Below, piece by piece: positions 37,722 through 48,256 of a stretch of 64,000 nucleotides of DNA; the stretch's first letter is position 1; every line of letters starts with the position of its first letter. This stretch comes from Hyphomonadaceae bacterium. Its GTDB lineage: Bacteria; Pseudomonadota; Alphaproteobacteria; Caulobacterales; Hyphomonadaceae. Under the pieces are notes generated by a model. It made no database searches, was not told the origin of the DNA, and saw nothing but the letters and a program-made list of their open reading frames with translations. The translations under genes and the position numbers were made by a program. The DNA lies in assembly GCA_024743315.1 (NCBI GenBank), contig JANSWU010000004.1:323106-387105 (forward strand), read 5' to 3'.

Positions 37722-39023
37722 ATGATCCCTCGCTATGCCCGCCCCGCCATGACTGCCATCTGGGACCCGACCAGCAAATATGGCATCTGGCTCGAGATCG
37801 AGACTCTGGCCGCTGAAGCGATGGAAGAGCTCGGGCAAATCCCGACCGGCACCAGCGCCGTGGTCCGCGAAAAAGGCGCCTTCGAAGTCGCTCGGATCGA
37901 TGAGATCGAGGCTGAGGTCAAACATGATGTCATCGCTTTCCTGACCAATGTCGCTGAACATGTCGGAGAGCCAGCCCGCTTCCTTCATAAAGGCATGACC
38001 AGTTCGGACGTGCTCGACACTTGTCTGAATGTACAATTGGTGCGCGCCACGGACCTTATGATGGAGGGCCTCGACCGGGTGCTTGCGGCGCTTGAGAAAC
38101 GTGCCTTTGAACACAAGCTGACCCCAACCATTGGCCGCAGCCATGGCATTCATGCAGAGCCCACGACGTTTGGGATCAAGCTCGCCACGTTTCACGCTGA
38201 ATTCCAACGGGCCAAGCGGCGCTTGCTGACCGCCCGGGAAGAGATCGCCACTTGCGCGATTTCTGGCGCGGTTGGGACCTATGCGAATATCGATCCACGG
38301 GTTGAGGAATATGTCGCTGAAAAGCTTGGCCTCAGCCCGGAGCCGGTCTCCACGCAAGTGATTCCACGCGATCGCCATGCCGCTTATTTCGCGGCGCTCG
38401 GCGTGATCGCGTCGTCAATCGAGCGCCTGGCCGTTGAAATCCGCCACTTGCAACGCACCGAGCTCTACGAAGCCGAGGAGTTTTTCTCCAAAGGCCAGAA
38501 AGGCTCGTCAGCCATGCCGCACAAACGCAACCCGGTCTTGACCGAAAACCTGACCGGACTGGCGCGCCTGGTTCGCATGGCGGTCGTCCCGGCCATGGAG
38601 AATGTCGCGCTCTGGCACGAACGGGATATTTCGCACTCATCGGTCGAGCGCGGCATTGGACCCGACACCACGATTCATCTCGATTTTGCCCTTCACCGGC
38701 TCGCTGGCGTGATCGAGAACTTGCTGGTCTATCCGGAGAATATGCAGGCGGTGATGGACAAGATGGGCGGGCTCCACAATTCGCAGCGGGTTTTGCTGGC
38801 TTTGGTTGAGGCGGGCAATAGTCGCGAAGACAGTTATCGCATGGTGCAGCGCAATGCGATGAAAACCTGGGCGGGCGAAGGGGCCTTCCTCGATCATCTG
38901 AAAGCCGATGCAGACGTGACCGCCAAGTTGTCAGATGAAAAGCTCGAAAGCCTGTTTGACGATGCCTATCACTTTAAGCGCGTCGATTACATTTTCGAGC
39001 GCGTGTTCGGACGCAGCTCGTAA
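37722..39023 (+). CDS. purB: Adenylosuccinate lyase
   Basis: MIPRY, KHDVIAF, GRSHGIHAEP, GSSAMPHKRNP. Confidence 0.97.
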   Translation: MIPRYARPAMTAIWDPTSKYGIWLEIETLAAEAMEELGQIPTGTSAVVREKGAFEVARIDEIEAEVKHDVIAFLTNVAEHVGEPARFLHKGMTSSDVLDTCLNVQLVRATDLMMEGLDRVLAALEKRAFEHKLTPTIGRSHGIHAEPTTFGIKLATFHAEFQRAKRRLLTAREEIATCAISGAVGTYANIDPRVEEYVAEKLGLSPEPVSTQVIPRDRHAAYFAALGVIASSIERLAVEIRHLQRTELYEAEEFFSKGQKGSSAMPHKRNPVLTENLTGLARLVRMAVVPAMENVALWHERDISHSSVERGIGPDTTIHLDFALHRLAGVIENLLVYPENMQAVMDKMGGLHNSQRVLLALVEAGNSREDSYRMVQRNAMKTWAGEGAFLDHLKADADVTAKLSDEKLESLFDDAYHFKRVDYIFERVFGRSS

Positions 39024-39065
39024 CGCCTCTGTGATTCCGATTGGCAGCTCTGGCGTGCTACAGGA

Positions 39066-39554
39066 TTGAAGATGCGCCGGGTCCTCACGCTTTTGGTTCT
39101 TTCGATAATTGCGGCTCTGCCCGTTCAGGCGGAGCCGGTTTTGAAAGTCATCAATTTCACCGCTGACTGGTGCCCGAACTGCCAGATCCTCAATCCGAGG
39201 CTCGATCGCGCAATCGATGCCTTCGAGGCGGGCAGTATTGAGCGCGTCGATCTCGATGTCACGGCCATCCGCCGCAATTCCTCGAGGATCGAGCGTGCGG
39301 CAGTAGAAACTGATGCCCTGATGCTCGCAGGTGAGCACAAAGCTGCTTATCTATGGGACTGGTATGGTGGCATAACCGGTATTGCGGTCGCGATTGCGGC
39401 CGATACAGGCGAGCCGATCACCTGTTTCATGCGCCCGATGAAAAAAGCAGACATTGAAGACCGCTTGCGGCTGGCGAAAATTCTCGCTGAACGCGCCAAA
39501 CCCGGCAATCGCAAACCCGAAGGACCGGACTGTCCCGCCCCTATGCGCGGCTAA
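39066..39554 (+). CDS. Exported thioredoxin-family protein
   Basis: Signal peptide, FTADWCPNC. Confidence 0.8.
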   Translation: MKMRRVLTLLVLSIIAALPVQAEPVLKVINFTADWCPNCQILNPRLDRAIDAFEAGSIERVDLDVTAIRRNSSRIERAAVETDALMLAGEHKAAYLWDWYGGITGIAVAIAADTGEPITCFMRPMKKADIEDRLRLAKILAERAKPGNRKPEGPDCPAPMRG

Positions 39555-39639
39555 GCTTTCATTAATCTCTCCGCCTTCACCCTGCCTCAATTTCTCTTCA
39601 CTAACTCAAGCTGAAGATTTGCGCGAAAGGTGAGCGGGC

Positions 39640-41631
39640 GTGAAAGCTTCGAATGGAAAACCCGGTCTGAAAAAACCCGCTCGGAAACCAGCTGCGAAAG
39701 CATCGCAGGGAGCAGGTATGGGCATTTTTCGGGGTCGACCCATTCTGAAATGGGGCTTGATCAGTAGTTTCGTCCTGACCCTGATCGGTCTCCTCGCCGC
39801 CTGGCTTTATTGGCAGAGCCTGTATCGCGGCATGCCTGCTTTACCGGAAACCGCAGCGCTCTGGGATGCCAATCGCGAGCCGGCCATCGAATATGTCGAC
39901 CGCACCGGCGAGACGATTGCGATTCGCGGTCCGCGCTATGGCCGGGCGATCAAGATTGATGAATTGCCACCGCATGTGCCGCGCGCCTTCATTGCGGCCG
40001 AAGATAAGCGCTTTTACGAACATGATGGCGCTGACACGCAAGCCATGGCGCGCGCCGCCTGGTCAAATGTAATTTCCGGACGCACCGTCTCAGGCGCATC
40101 AACGATTACCCAGCAGCTGGTGAAAAACCTCGTCCTGTCGCCAGAGCAAACGCTCAAGCGCAAGGTTCAGGAAGTGCGTCTGGCCCGTCAGCTCGAAGAG
40201 CAGCTGTCAAAGAATGAAATTCTCGAACTCTATCTCAACCGGGTCTATTTCGGGTCTGGGTTTTACGGTCTCGGCGCGGCTTCGCGATTCTATTTCGGCA
40301 AGGATCCACAGGACTTGACCCTCGCAGAGGCGAGCCTTTTGGCGACCTTGCCGAAGGCCCCGTCGCGACTGGCCCTTGATGATAATATGGAAGGCGCCCG
40401 CCAGCGTCAGGCCTATGTCTTGTCCGAGATGCTGCAGGCCGGTTTCATCACCCCTGAAAGCGCCCAGATTGCGATGGCTTCGGACGTCACGCTCGCCCCG
40501 GAACCTGAACAGGATCCGCAATTTGGGTATATTCTCGACGCAGCGACGGAACGGGCTAATGATTTGCTGCCAGAATTACCGGATGACCTGGTGGTCACGC
40601 TGACCGTCGATGCGGAGCTCCAAACCAAAGTTGCCGAAGCGCTCGAAGCGCGCATGAGCGAAGAGGAAGAAGAGTCCAATGCCGGTCAAACCGCCGCGAT
40701 CCTGATGAATCGCGAAGGTCACGTCCTCGCGCTGTATGGCGGCCGCGATTATACCGAAAACCAATTCAATCGTGCCACCCAGGCAAGACGTCAGCCTGGC
40801 TCGGCGTTCAAGCCCTTTGTGTATGCCGCCGCCCTCGAAGCCGGGATCAGTCCGTACGATGTCCGCATCGATCAGCCCGTCACCATTGATGATTGGTCGC
40901 CGAAGAATTTTTCGCGCGTCTATATGGGCCCCGTAACCGTCTCAGAAGCCTTGCGCGATAGCCTCAACACGATTGCCGCCTTGCTGGCGCAGGAAACCAG
41001 CGTCGAATCGGTGATTTCGATTTCGCGCAAATTCGGGATCAGCGAAGACTTTCAGCCCTTCCCGTCAATTGCCCTGGGCAGCCAGGAGGTGACGCTTTGG
41101 GATCTGACCCGTGCCTATGGACCCTTCATGACCGGCGGGCGCCGGGTTGACCCATACCTAATCCAGAAAATCGAGACGACACGCGGCGATGTCCTATACG
41201 AACGCCCGGAATACGACCCAGCTCGCGTTTTCGACCGAGCCGCTGCCGAGACGATGACTGCGATGATGGCAGAAGTGATCCGCTCCGGAACCGGAACCGC
41301 TGCCAAGGTCAATGGCTGGCCGATTGCTGGCAAGACCGGCACCAGCCAATCCTCACGCGATGCCTGGTTTGTCGGCTATAGCAGCGAACTGCTGGGCGGC
41401 ATCTGGACCGGAAATGATGATGATACGCCAATGGACGGTGTCACCGGTGGCGGCCTTCCCGCACGGCTCTGGTCCGACATGATGACGATCGCGCATCAAG
41501 GCCGTACGCCGAGCTTGCTGCGCGGCGCCGATCAATTGATCCAATTGACGCCCGAACAACAGGCACGGGTTGGCTATTATCGCGATCTCGGCATGGCCTT
41601 TGCCGGGCTCGCAGGCACGGGCGGGCAATAA
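39640..41631 (+). CDS. Class A penicillin-binding protein (PBP1A family)
   Basis: AEDKRFYEH, GASTITQQLVKN, RKVQE, LYLN; TP motifs SAFK, SLN, KTGT. Confidence 0.95.
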   Translation: MKASNGKPGLKKPARKPAAKASQGAGMGIFRGRPILKWGLISSFVLTLIGLLAAWLYWQSLYRGMPALPETAALWDANREPAIEYVDRTGETIAIRGPRYGRAIKIDELPPHVPRAFIAAEDKRFYEHDGADTQAMARAAWSNVISGRTVSGASTITQQLVKNLVLSPEQTLKRKVQEVRLARQLEEQLSKNEILELYLNRVYFGSGFYGLGAASRFYFGKDPQDLTLAEASLLATLPKAPSRLALDDNMEGARQRQAYVLSEMLQAGFITPESAQIAMASDVTLAPEPEQDPQFGYILDAATERANDLLPELPDDLVVTLTVDAELQTKVAEALEARMSEEEEESNAGQTAAILMNREGHVLALYGGRDYTENQFNRATQARRQPGSAFKPFVYAAALEAGISPYDVRIDQPVTIDDWSPKNFSRVYMGPVTVSEALRDSLNTIAALLAQETSVESVISISRKFGISEDFQPFPSIALGSQEVTLWDLTRAYGPFMTGGRRVDPYLIQKIETTRGDVLYERPEYDPARVFDRAAAETMTAMMAEVIRSGTGTAAKVNGWPIAGKTGTSQSSRDAWFVGYSSELLGGIWTGNDDDTPMDGVTGGGLPARLWSDMMTIAHQGRTPSLLRGADQLIQLTPEQQARVGYYRDLGMAFAGLAGTGGQ

Positions 41632-41711
41632 GCAAAAGCCGGGCACAGGCTTCAACACAAATTGAAGCGCGCCCTCTGGATTAATCGCGCGGACCTGATC
41701 AAACAGGCGCG

Positions 41712-42578
41712 ATGAACGAACCGGTTCGAATTTTTGGGCTGACAATGCTCGCCATGATCGCTTTCGCGGCGAATTCCGTGCTCGGGCGCATGGGTCTGGT
41801 TGAGACCGAGATCGGGGCGGGGAGTTTCGCGCTGATCCGTTTGGTCAGTGGCGCGCTGGTGCTCGCTGGGATCTGCGCTTTGCAATCGAGACGGATCGCA
41901 GGCTCGTTCTGGGGCGGGGTTTCCCTGCTGATCTATGCCGCCTGCTTTTCCTTCGCCTATCTCGCTATGTCGGCCGGGATGGGCGCGATCATTCTCTTCG
42001 CCATGGTCCAGATCACCATGTTGAGCTGGGGGCTCGCGCGCGGAGAGATCCTGTCGCAACTGCAATGGCTCGGCTTTATTATTGCCATAGCCGCGCTGGT
42101 CTATTTGGTGTCTCCTAGCCTCGAGGCGCCGCCGCTTTGGGCAGCTGGACTGATGGCGCTCGCCGGGATTGGCTGGGGTGTTTATTCTTTGATCGGCCGC
42201 AGCAACAGGGACGCCACGGCCGCAACGACCGGCAATTTCATCCTTGCCAGTGTGATGGCTCTGCCCTTGCTCGGGCTCATTCTGCTAATTTCGCCAGAGC
42301 CCGCGCCACCCACAGACGGCATCCTTTTGGCGATCATCTCGGGCGCGATCACATCTGGCCTCGGCTATGTCATTTGGTATGCCGCCCTGAAAGACCTGAC
42401 TGCCACGCGCGCAGGAATTGCGCAACTGAGTGTGCCGGCCATTGCCGCGATGGGTGGCGTTCTGTTTCTGGCCGAACCGATCACGCTCCGCTTTACGCTC
42501 GCGACACTTGCCATTCTTGGCGGTGTCGCGCTTGCCGTCTTGACCCGAGCGCCCGCGTCCAGCAAAGCGAGTAAATGA
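41712..42578 (+). CDS. DMT/EamA-family transporter
   Basis: About 10 TM, AFAANSVL, SGLGYVIWY. Confidence 0.88.
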   Translation: MNEPVRIFGLTMLAMIAFAANSVLGRMGLVETEIGAGSFALIRLVSGALVLAGICALQSRRIAGSFWGGVSLLIYAACFSFAYLAMSAGMGAIILFAMVQITMLSWGLARGEILSQLQWLGFIIAIAALVYLVSPSLEAPPLWAAGLMALAGIGWGVYSLIGRSNRDATAATTGNFILASVMALPLLGLILLISPEPAPPTDGILLAIISGAITSGLGYVIWYAALKDLTATRAGIAQLSVPAIAAMGGVLFLAEPITLRFTLATLAILGGVALAVLTRAPASSKASK

Positions 42579-43858
42579 CGGAAGCCGCGTCCTCACCCGC
42601 AAAACCTGGCAAGAACGCGTTCCTGTTCGTGGTCGTCGCCGTCATTTTGAACATGCTGTCTTTTGGCATCATCATGCCGGTCATGCCGGCATTGCTGCTC
42701 GACATTACCGGGCTCGCGGCTGAGCAATCGGTGTCCTATGGCGGCTGGCTATCGATGACTTTTGCGATCGCCAATTTCTTCATGATGCCGATCTTGGGAG
42801 GACTGTCTGATCGCTATGGCAGGCGCCCGGTTCTGCTCGCCTCAATTGCCATGCTCGGGATTGATTTGCTGATCATGGGCCTCGCCCCGACGCTCGCCGT
42901 CTTGTTTATCGGGCGGTTCCTGGGCGGCATGTTCTCGGCCACATATTCGGTCGCGAACGCTTATATTGCGGACGTCACCGAGCCCGAAGATCGCGGTCGC
43001 GCGTTTGGGATTATGGGCGCCGCCTTTGGTATTGGATTTATTTTGGGGCCGGTCTTTGGCGGCCTGCTCGGTGAAATCAATCCGCGCCTGCCTTTCTTTG
43101 TTGCGGCCGGGATTGCTGGCCTGAACTTCCTGTATGGCTGGTTCATTTTGCCAGAAAGCCTGCGCGAAGAGGATCGCCGCGACTTTGACATTGTCCGCGC
43201 GAACCCGTTCGGCGCCATGGTGCATTTCTCGAAAGTGCCGCGCGTCGCCTGGTTCATCATCGCGATTGGCCTCTATCAGATCGCGCACGCAGTTTATCCA
43301 TCGACCTGGAATTTTCATGGCGAAATCCGGTATGATTGGTCGGAGTTCGAGATTGGCCTTTCCTTAGCGTTCGTTGGCGTCGGCTCCGCCCTCGGACAGG
43401 GCCTGTTGACCGGCTATCTGATCAAGCGCATGGGGCCGATGCGGGCGGCCTTGTTTGGCTTTAGCAGCAATGCCATCGCGCTCTTCTTGTTTTCGCTCGC
43501 TGGGGCGCCCTGGATGGCCTATGCGATCATCGCGGTATCTTCTGTCGGAGGCGTTGCGATGCCGGCGATCAACACAATCACTTCGACGCTGACGCCAAGA
43601 AATGAACAGGGCGAGCTGCAAGGCGCCCAAGCGAGCATGATGGCCTTTACGTTGATTTTCAGCCCGGTCCTGATGACGCAGACGCTGAAATACTTTGCCA
43701 ATCTCCCGGAAAGCGACCCTCTGCACACGGGCGGGGCCGCCTTCTTCCTGGCTGGTTTGATCACGACATTATCTCTGGTGCCGCTTTTTGTCGGGATCGG
43801 GATCAATCGCCGAGCTATCGCACGGGCGGCTGCAGCGGAAACCACCGCGGCCGAATAG
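42575..43858 (+). CDS. MFS transporter, TetA-like (TCR/Tet) family
   Basis: GGLSDRYGRRPV motif A, AYIADVT, GFILGPVFGG motif C. Confidence 0.92.
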   Translation: MTEAASSPAKPGKNAFLFVVVAVILNMLSFGIIMPVMPALLLDITGLAAEQSVSYGGWLSMTFAIANFFMMPILGGLSDRYGRRPVLLASIAMLGIDLLIMGLAPTLAVLFIGRFLGGMFSATYSVANAYIADVTEPEDRGRAFGIMGAAFGIGFILGPVFGGLLGEINPRLPFFVAAGIAGLNFLYGWFILPESLREEDRRDFDIVRANPFGAMVHFSKVPRVAWFIIAIGLYQIAHAVYPSTWNFHGEIRYDWSEFEIGLSLAFVGVGSALGQGLLTGYLIKRMGPMRAALFGFSSNAIALFLFSLAGAPWMAYAIIAVSSVGGVAMPAINTITSTLTPRNEQGELQGAQASMMAFTLIFSPVLMTQTLKYFANLPESDPLHTGGAAFFLAGLITTLSLVPLFVGIGINRRAIARAAAAETTAAE

Positions 43859-43862
43859 AAAC

Positions 43863-43885
43863 AGGGCGACCCAACGGATCGCCCT
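43863..43885. terminator. Hairpin between convergent genes
   Basis: agggcga / tcgccct inverted repeat. Confidence 0.5.
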
Positions 43886-43912
43886 ATTATTATGATCTAG
43901 GTTGGGCGGCGT

Positions 43913-44188
43913 TTACCGACCTTTGGTCAAGACGCCAAGAATGCCGCCAATAATGCCACCACCGACGCCGCCATTGAGGAAGCTGCTGAGCAGTCCCATC
44001 ACCGACTCACTGCCGAGCAGAGACTGGAAGCCGATATCAGCGGCGTTCATGCCGTAGCCGCCTGCAAGCCCGCCAATGATCCCGGCAATCGCACCGGTTC
44101 CGCCTTTGCCGCCGAGTGCTTTCGAGACGATTGGTCCGAGCACCGCGCCGCCGACGCCGTTCAGAATAAGTGGAATATATTGTTCCAT
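43913..44188 (-). CDS. Small Gly-rich membrane protein
   Basis: SD gggagg, repeated GxxxG helices. Confidence 0.75.
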   Translation of the reverse strand: MEQYIPLILNGVGGAVLGPIVSKALGGKGGTGAIAGIIGGLAGGYGMNAADIGFQSLLGSESVMGLLSSFLNGGVGGGIIGGILGVLTKGR

Positions 44189-44312
44189 GTGTTTGCCCTC
44201 CCGAGGCTGTTAAGGGGCCTGTTTTCAGGTCTCCCTGAGCCATAAAGCATCAGAATTCCCCTTTTTCGCCAAGGGCTCTCGCGCAGGTGGAGAGTCTGGG
44301 TTAGGCAAGCGA

Positions 44313-44840
44313 ATGGCTGATTCCCGCCCGGCTCTTTTTCTGGATCGCGACGGCGTGATCAATGTCGATCGAGGCTATGTCGCCCGATTGGAGGATTGGG
44401 AATGGATCCCCGGCGCGATCGACTGTGTCAAAACGTACAAGGCCCGCGGCTGGTTTGTTTTCGTGGTCACCAATCAATCCGGGATCGCCTTTGATCATTA
44501 CAGCGAGACTGACATGGAGCGGGTCCATCATCACATGTTGACCGGCATGGCTGAGGCGGGGGCCGAGATTGATCGTGTCTATGCCTGTCCGTTCCATAAA
44601 GACGGCACAAATCCACGCTACTGCAAGGACAGTTTCGACCATAAACCCAAACCCGGCATGATCCTTCAAGCCATGGCGGACTTTCCCGTAAAACGCGAAG
44701 CGAGTTTCCTGATCGGCGACAAGCAGACCGATATTGAGGCCGCACATGCGGCCGGGATTGGCGGGTTTTTGTTCAAAGGCGGCAATCTCGCGTCATTCGC
44801 GGAATGGGCCCTGGCAAGCTTCGAGGATGGCGCCAGATGA
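44313..44840 (+). CDS. HAD-IIIA phosphatase (GmhB/histidinol-phosphatase-like)
   Basis: FLDRDGVIN, TNQSG, CPFH, KPKPGM, IGDK. Confidence 0.9.
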   Translation: MADSRPALFLDRDGVINVDRGYVARLEDWEWIPGAIDCVKTYKARGWFVFVVTNQSGIAFDHYSETDMERVHHHMLTGMAEAGAEIDRVYACPFHKDGTNPRYCKDSFDHKPKPGMILQAMADFPVKREASFLIGDKQTDIEAAHAAGIGGFLFKGGNLASFAEWALASFEDGAR

Positions 44841-45535
44841 AGACGATCGGGTTGATTGGCGGGGTCAGCACGGAAGCCACGCTGATCTATTACAAGACCA
44901 TCAACGCGTTAGTGCGCCAGCGTCTGGGCGGCTATCATAGCGCCGAGTTGCGCATCCATTCGGTCAATTTCCATGATTATAATGGCGCGCATGAAACCCG
45001 CGATTGGGCGTTTATTCGCGATGGGTTCGAGACCGCTGCCCGAGGTTTGAAAGCGGCCGGTGCCGATTTTCTCGTGCTCGCCTGCAACACGCTTCACACG
45101 GTTGCCGACGCGATTGAAAACGCGACCGACTTACCGTTCTTGCACATCGTGGATGCGTGCGGGGCCCGATTGCAACGCGATGGCCGCACTCAGCCCGGGC
45201 TGCTGGGCACGGCATATACGATGGCACAGCCCTATTTTGTCGATCGTTTGGTTGAAACCACAGGCATGAGCCCACATTTGCCAGACGCTGAAACCCAAAC
45301 AGAACTCAGTCGTATCATTTTCGACGACCTCACTCACGGCATCGTACGCGATGAAGCTGTCCTATTCTATGAAGCGGCGATCCAGGCGCTGAAGGATCAG
45401 GGCTGCGACAGTATCATCCTCGGCTGTACCGAGCTGGGCATGCTGGTCACAGAACAAAACAGTCCGCTACCGCCTTATGATACTGCTTTGATTCATTGCC
45501 AGGCCATCGTGGACTACGCACTCGAAGATCAATAG
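44837..45535 (+). CDS. Aspartate/glutamate racemase family
   Basis: MKTIGLIGG, LACNTLH, ILGCTE; ATGA overlap. Confidence 0.92.
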   Translation: MKTIGLIGGVSTEATLIYYKTINALVRQRLGGYHSAELRIHSVNFHDYNGAHETRDWAFIRDGFETAARGLKAAGADFLVLACNTLHTVADAIENATDLPFLHIVDACGARLQRDGRTQPGLLGTAYTMAQPYFVDRLVETTGMSPHLPDAETQTELSRIIFDDLTHGIVRDEAVLFYEAAIQALKDQGCDSIILGCTELGMLVTEQNSPLPPYDTALIHCQAIVDYALEDQ

Positions 45536-45633
45536 CTTTAAACTATCAATACGATCTGCTTCTCCTAATAGACTTTGATTGGATCCACTCCACATCGAAA
45601 GCGGGAACGACATGAATCAGAGGGATCAGACCT

Positions 45634-46338
45634 TTGCGCTTGAGCATTATTGGACTTGCAATCGCAGCGAGCGCGCCGACAGCGTTGGCGCAGAATACGA
45701 GTGGCGTTTTTGGACCGGTCATTGATGAGGGTGAGAGCGGTTGGGAATATCGCATCACTTATGACCCAGACGATGAAGACTTTAATCAGCGATTCCACTA
45801 TCAGCGTGCCATAAACGGGGCGATGCGTTGGCGGGTGATCGCGCAAGTGCGCTCGACCGACGATTCCGATTTCGATCCCGATTATCTGCGCGGCGAGCTG
45901 GTCTGGCAGGTCACACCGGACGAACAGGATTATCAATCCGGGTTCCGCTTTGAAGGACGCTATCGGTTTGACGACCGCCCAGGTGATGTCACGGTCCACT
46001 GGATCAATCAGTGGAAACATATTGATGACTGGACGTTCCGCTTCATTGTCGGCGCGACGCAGCAAATCGGGAATGATCCAGCCGATGGCATCCTGATTCA
46101 GACGCGTTCTTCCGCGACCACCGCGCTTGGCGAAGGCCCGAAGCTCGGCCTGGAATGGTTTGGCGAATATGGCTCAACCTCGGACTGGCTCGACCTGGAT
46201 GATCAGGAGCATCAAATCGGCCCCGTCGCGGTCTGGAACCTCGGCAATGATTGGAGTCTCTATACCGGCGCGCTTTTCGGCGCGACGGATGCCAGCGCCG
46301 ACACCAATTTGCGCCTGCGGATCTCGAAAGAGTATTAG
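45634..46338 (+). CDS. Putative outer-membrane beta-barrel protein
   Basis: Signal peptide, alternating amphipathic strands, aromatic C-terminus. Confidence 0.7.
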   Translation: MRLSIIGLAIAASAPTALAQNTSGVFGPVIDEGESGWEYRITYDPDDEDFNQRFHYQRAINGAMRWRVIAQVRSTDDSDFDPDYLRGELVWQVTPDEQDYQSGFRFEGRYRFDDRPGDVTVHWINQWKHIDDWTFRFIVGATQQIGNDPADGILIQTRSSATTALGEGPKLGLEWFGEYGSTSDWLDLDDQEHQIGPVAVWNLGNDWSLYTGALFGATDASADTNLRLRISKEY

Positions 46339-46778
46339 CGCTTTAGCGGCTTCAGCGTTTTACCGTTGAGACCGCCCATCCGGCAGACTTCCATCCATTC
46401 GTCCTCCAACACCGGTTGCACCGACAGGCGCATACTGGTCACCAAGGACATCTTATCCAACTTCTCATTGGCCTTGACCGCTTTGAGAGTCACAGGTTCT
46501 GGCATGTCTGTGAGCGCGCGGATATGGACGCAATCCCAGCGCTCATCATCGGTGGTGGAATCCGGGGCGCTTTCGGCCGAGACCTCAACAATTCCAACGA
46601 TCTCCAATCCCTCATTCGAGTGATAGAAAAAGCCGCGATCGCCAATCTTCATTTCGCGCATATTGTTGCGCGCCTGATAGTTGCGAATGCCGTCCCATTC
46701 TTCGCCCGCTTCGCCTTTCGCCTTTTGCTGGTCCCAGCTCCATTTGAACGGCTCAGATTTGAACAGCCAGTATTTCAT
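46335..46778 (-). CDS. EVE-domain protein
   Basis: YWLFKSEP, WDGIRNYQARN, FFYHS, RLSVQPV. Confidence 0.93.
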   Translation of the reverse strand: MKYWLFKSEPFKWSWDQQKAKGEAGEEWDGIRNYQARNNMREMKIGDRGFFYHSNEGLEIVGIVEVSAESAPDSTTDDERWDCVHIRALTDMPEPVTLKAVKANEKLDKMSLVTSMRLSVQPVLEDEWMEVCRMGGLNGKTLKPLKR

Positions 46779-46822
46779 GTTCGCTCCTCAGAATGCTGAG
46801 GCGCATTTAGGTCGCTTTGGGC

Positions 46823-47635
46823 TTAGCGTCCACTCATCCGGCAGGCCTGCGACACTAGCGGCTCCAGTTCGGCCCAATGCTTGTAACGGCGCACCTCCGG
46901 CGCGGCGCCCAGCCAGGCATCCTCAAACGCCTCGCGCGTGCCGGGATCCGCAAGAATGGGCAGCAAAGGATCGACACTCACTCGGATGGTGAAGACGACC
47001 GCCTGGGTCGACGGCAATTTGCGGATGGTCTGGCGCTCAATGCGCAAATGAAGATCCTCGACCCGTTTGCCCGAGACGCCGGGACGGTCGGGTGTGTAAC
47101 GTTTTTCACTGGTCTGCACGGTCCAATTGAAGCGTTCCAGGACGACGTCTGGCTTCAGGCCTGTGAAAACGCGTGAGACGCGCGCCGCCAAACCCGGATC
47201 GCCGCCGGGCACCGGGCCATGCAACCCGCCCAGATCCAGCCCGATCCGTTCTGGAAGCGTCCAGAAGGTTGGCGCACACAAGACGCCCGCAGTCAGCCGC
47301 CAATCCCCCGGTCGTGTGGCCTCAAGGACGCACAGATCATCCGAGACCAGAGAGGCGGCTTCTTCCAAGTCGGTCGGCATGTTTTGATGGGGCACAGCAC
47401 CGGTGGCGGTCATAATTAAGGGTAAGAGCTCTTCGGCTGCCGCGCCATTCAAATCACCCGCGGCAACATTGGCGCGCATCATTTTCAGGATCAGGCACTT
47501 GTCGCGCAGCCACGCCGCTGACTCTGTATCTGGCGACACCCAATGCGCTAGCGGAATCGGTGATAGGCCAGGCTGAAATCGCGGCACTCCATCAAGAAAG
47601 GGCAAATAGGGTGGGCGTCGCGATTTAAGCGACAC
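46823..47635 (-). CDS. Heme-dependent oxidative N-demethylase alpha-subunit family (DUF3445)
   Basis: DDLCVL, CAPTFW, LHGPVPG, ERFNW, LRIERQTIRKLP, VFTIR. Confidence 0.85.
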   Translation of the reverse strand: MSLKSRRPPYLPFLDGVPRFQPGLSPIPLAHWVSPDTESAAWLRDKCLILKMMRANVAAGDLNGAAAEELLPLIMTATGAVPHQNMPTDLEEAASLVSDDLCVLEATRPGDWRLTAGVLCAPTFWTLPERIGLDLGGLHGPVPGGDPGLAARVSRVFTGLKPDVVLERFNWTVQTSEKRYTPDRPGVSGKRVEDLHLRIERQTIRKLPSTQAVVFTIRVSVDPLLPILADPGTREAFEDAWLGAAPEVRRYKHWAELEPLVSQACRMSGR

Positions 47636-48254
47636 GCGCCTGTCCCCAGGAGGCAAAGCCGGCAATTTTCGGCGTGTTCGGCAAATACATGGTCTCGTGT
47701 CGCTCGACGGTGAAGCCTTCTGATTCCAGCATTTGCTTGGTGTCGCGGGTCAAGTGGCATCCACCCACGAGTCGCTTCCAGACCGGTTCAATGCGGCGCT
47801 GCCACTTTGCGACGCCTTCATCTGGCGCCAGACCGTGTTCAGAGAACAAGACAGTGCCGCCAGGTTTCAACACGCGCCGGACTTCTTGCAGCGAGGCCTG
47901 CCAGTCCGGGATTGTGCAAAGGACGAAAGTAATGACCGCCGTATCGACGCTATGATTGTCCAAAGGCACAGCCTCGGCGCCGCACGTATGAATGTCGCTC
48001 GAGAATCCGAATTCGCCTTCTGCCCAGGTCTCTTCAGCCCGCTTGACCATCGGAGCGTGCGGTTCAATCGCGTGCAAATGCGTCACCCGAGTTGGATCAT
48101 AAAAGGAAAAATTCGTGCCCGATCCGCAGCCAAGCTCAAGCACCACGCCTTCGGCCAGGGGCACCACTTTTTCGCGTTGTTTGAGGATCGGTTTGGTCGA
48201 ACAGCCGCAGCTGATCAGGGAGGGCAGTACGTAACGATCCCAAAGCCCGAACAT
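47625..48254 (-). CDS. Class I SAM-dependent methyltransferase
   Basis: VLELGCGSG, TFVLCTIPD, RRVLKPGG, EHG, GGCHL. Confidence 0.92.
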   Translation of the reverse strand: MFGLWDRYVLPSLISCGCSTKPILKQREKVVPLAEGVVLELGCGSGTNFSFYDPTRVTHLHAIEPHAPMVKRAEETWAEGEFGFSSDIHTCGAEAVPLDNHSVDTAVITFVLCTIPDWQASLQEVRRVLKPGGTVLFSEHGLAPDEGVAKWQRRIEPVWKRLVGGCHLTRDTKQMLESEGFTVERHETMYLPNTPKIAGFASWGQARVA

Positions 48255-48256
48255 GT

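Noticed and set aside
42575-43858. Acquired tetracycline resistance gene
   Set aside because: No tetR or mobile element; composition and coupling to the DMT gene fit a chromosomal MFS homolog.
43913-44188. Gly-rich small protein as a bacteriocin
   Set aside because: No double-glycine leader, transporter or immunity gene; it resembles common GxxxG membrane proteins.
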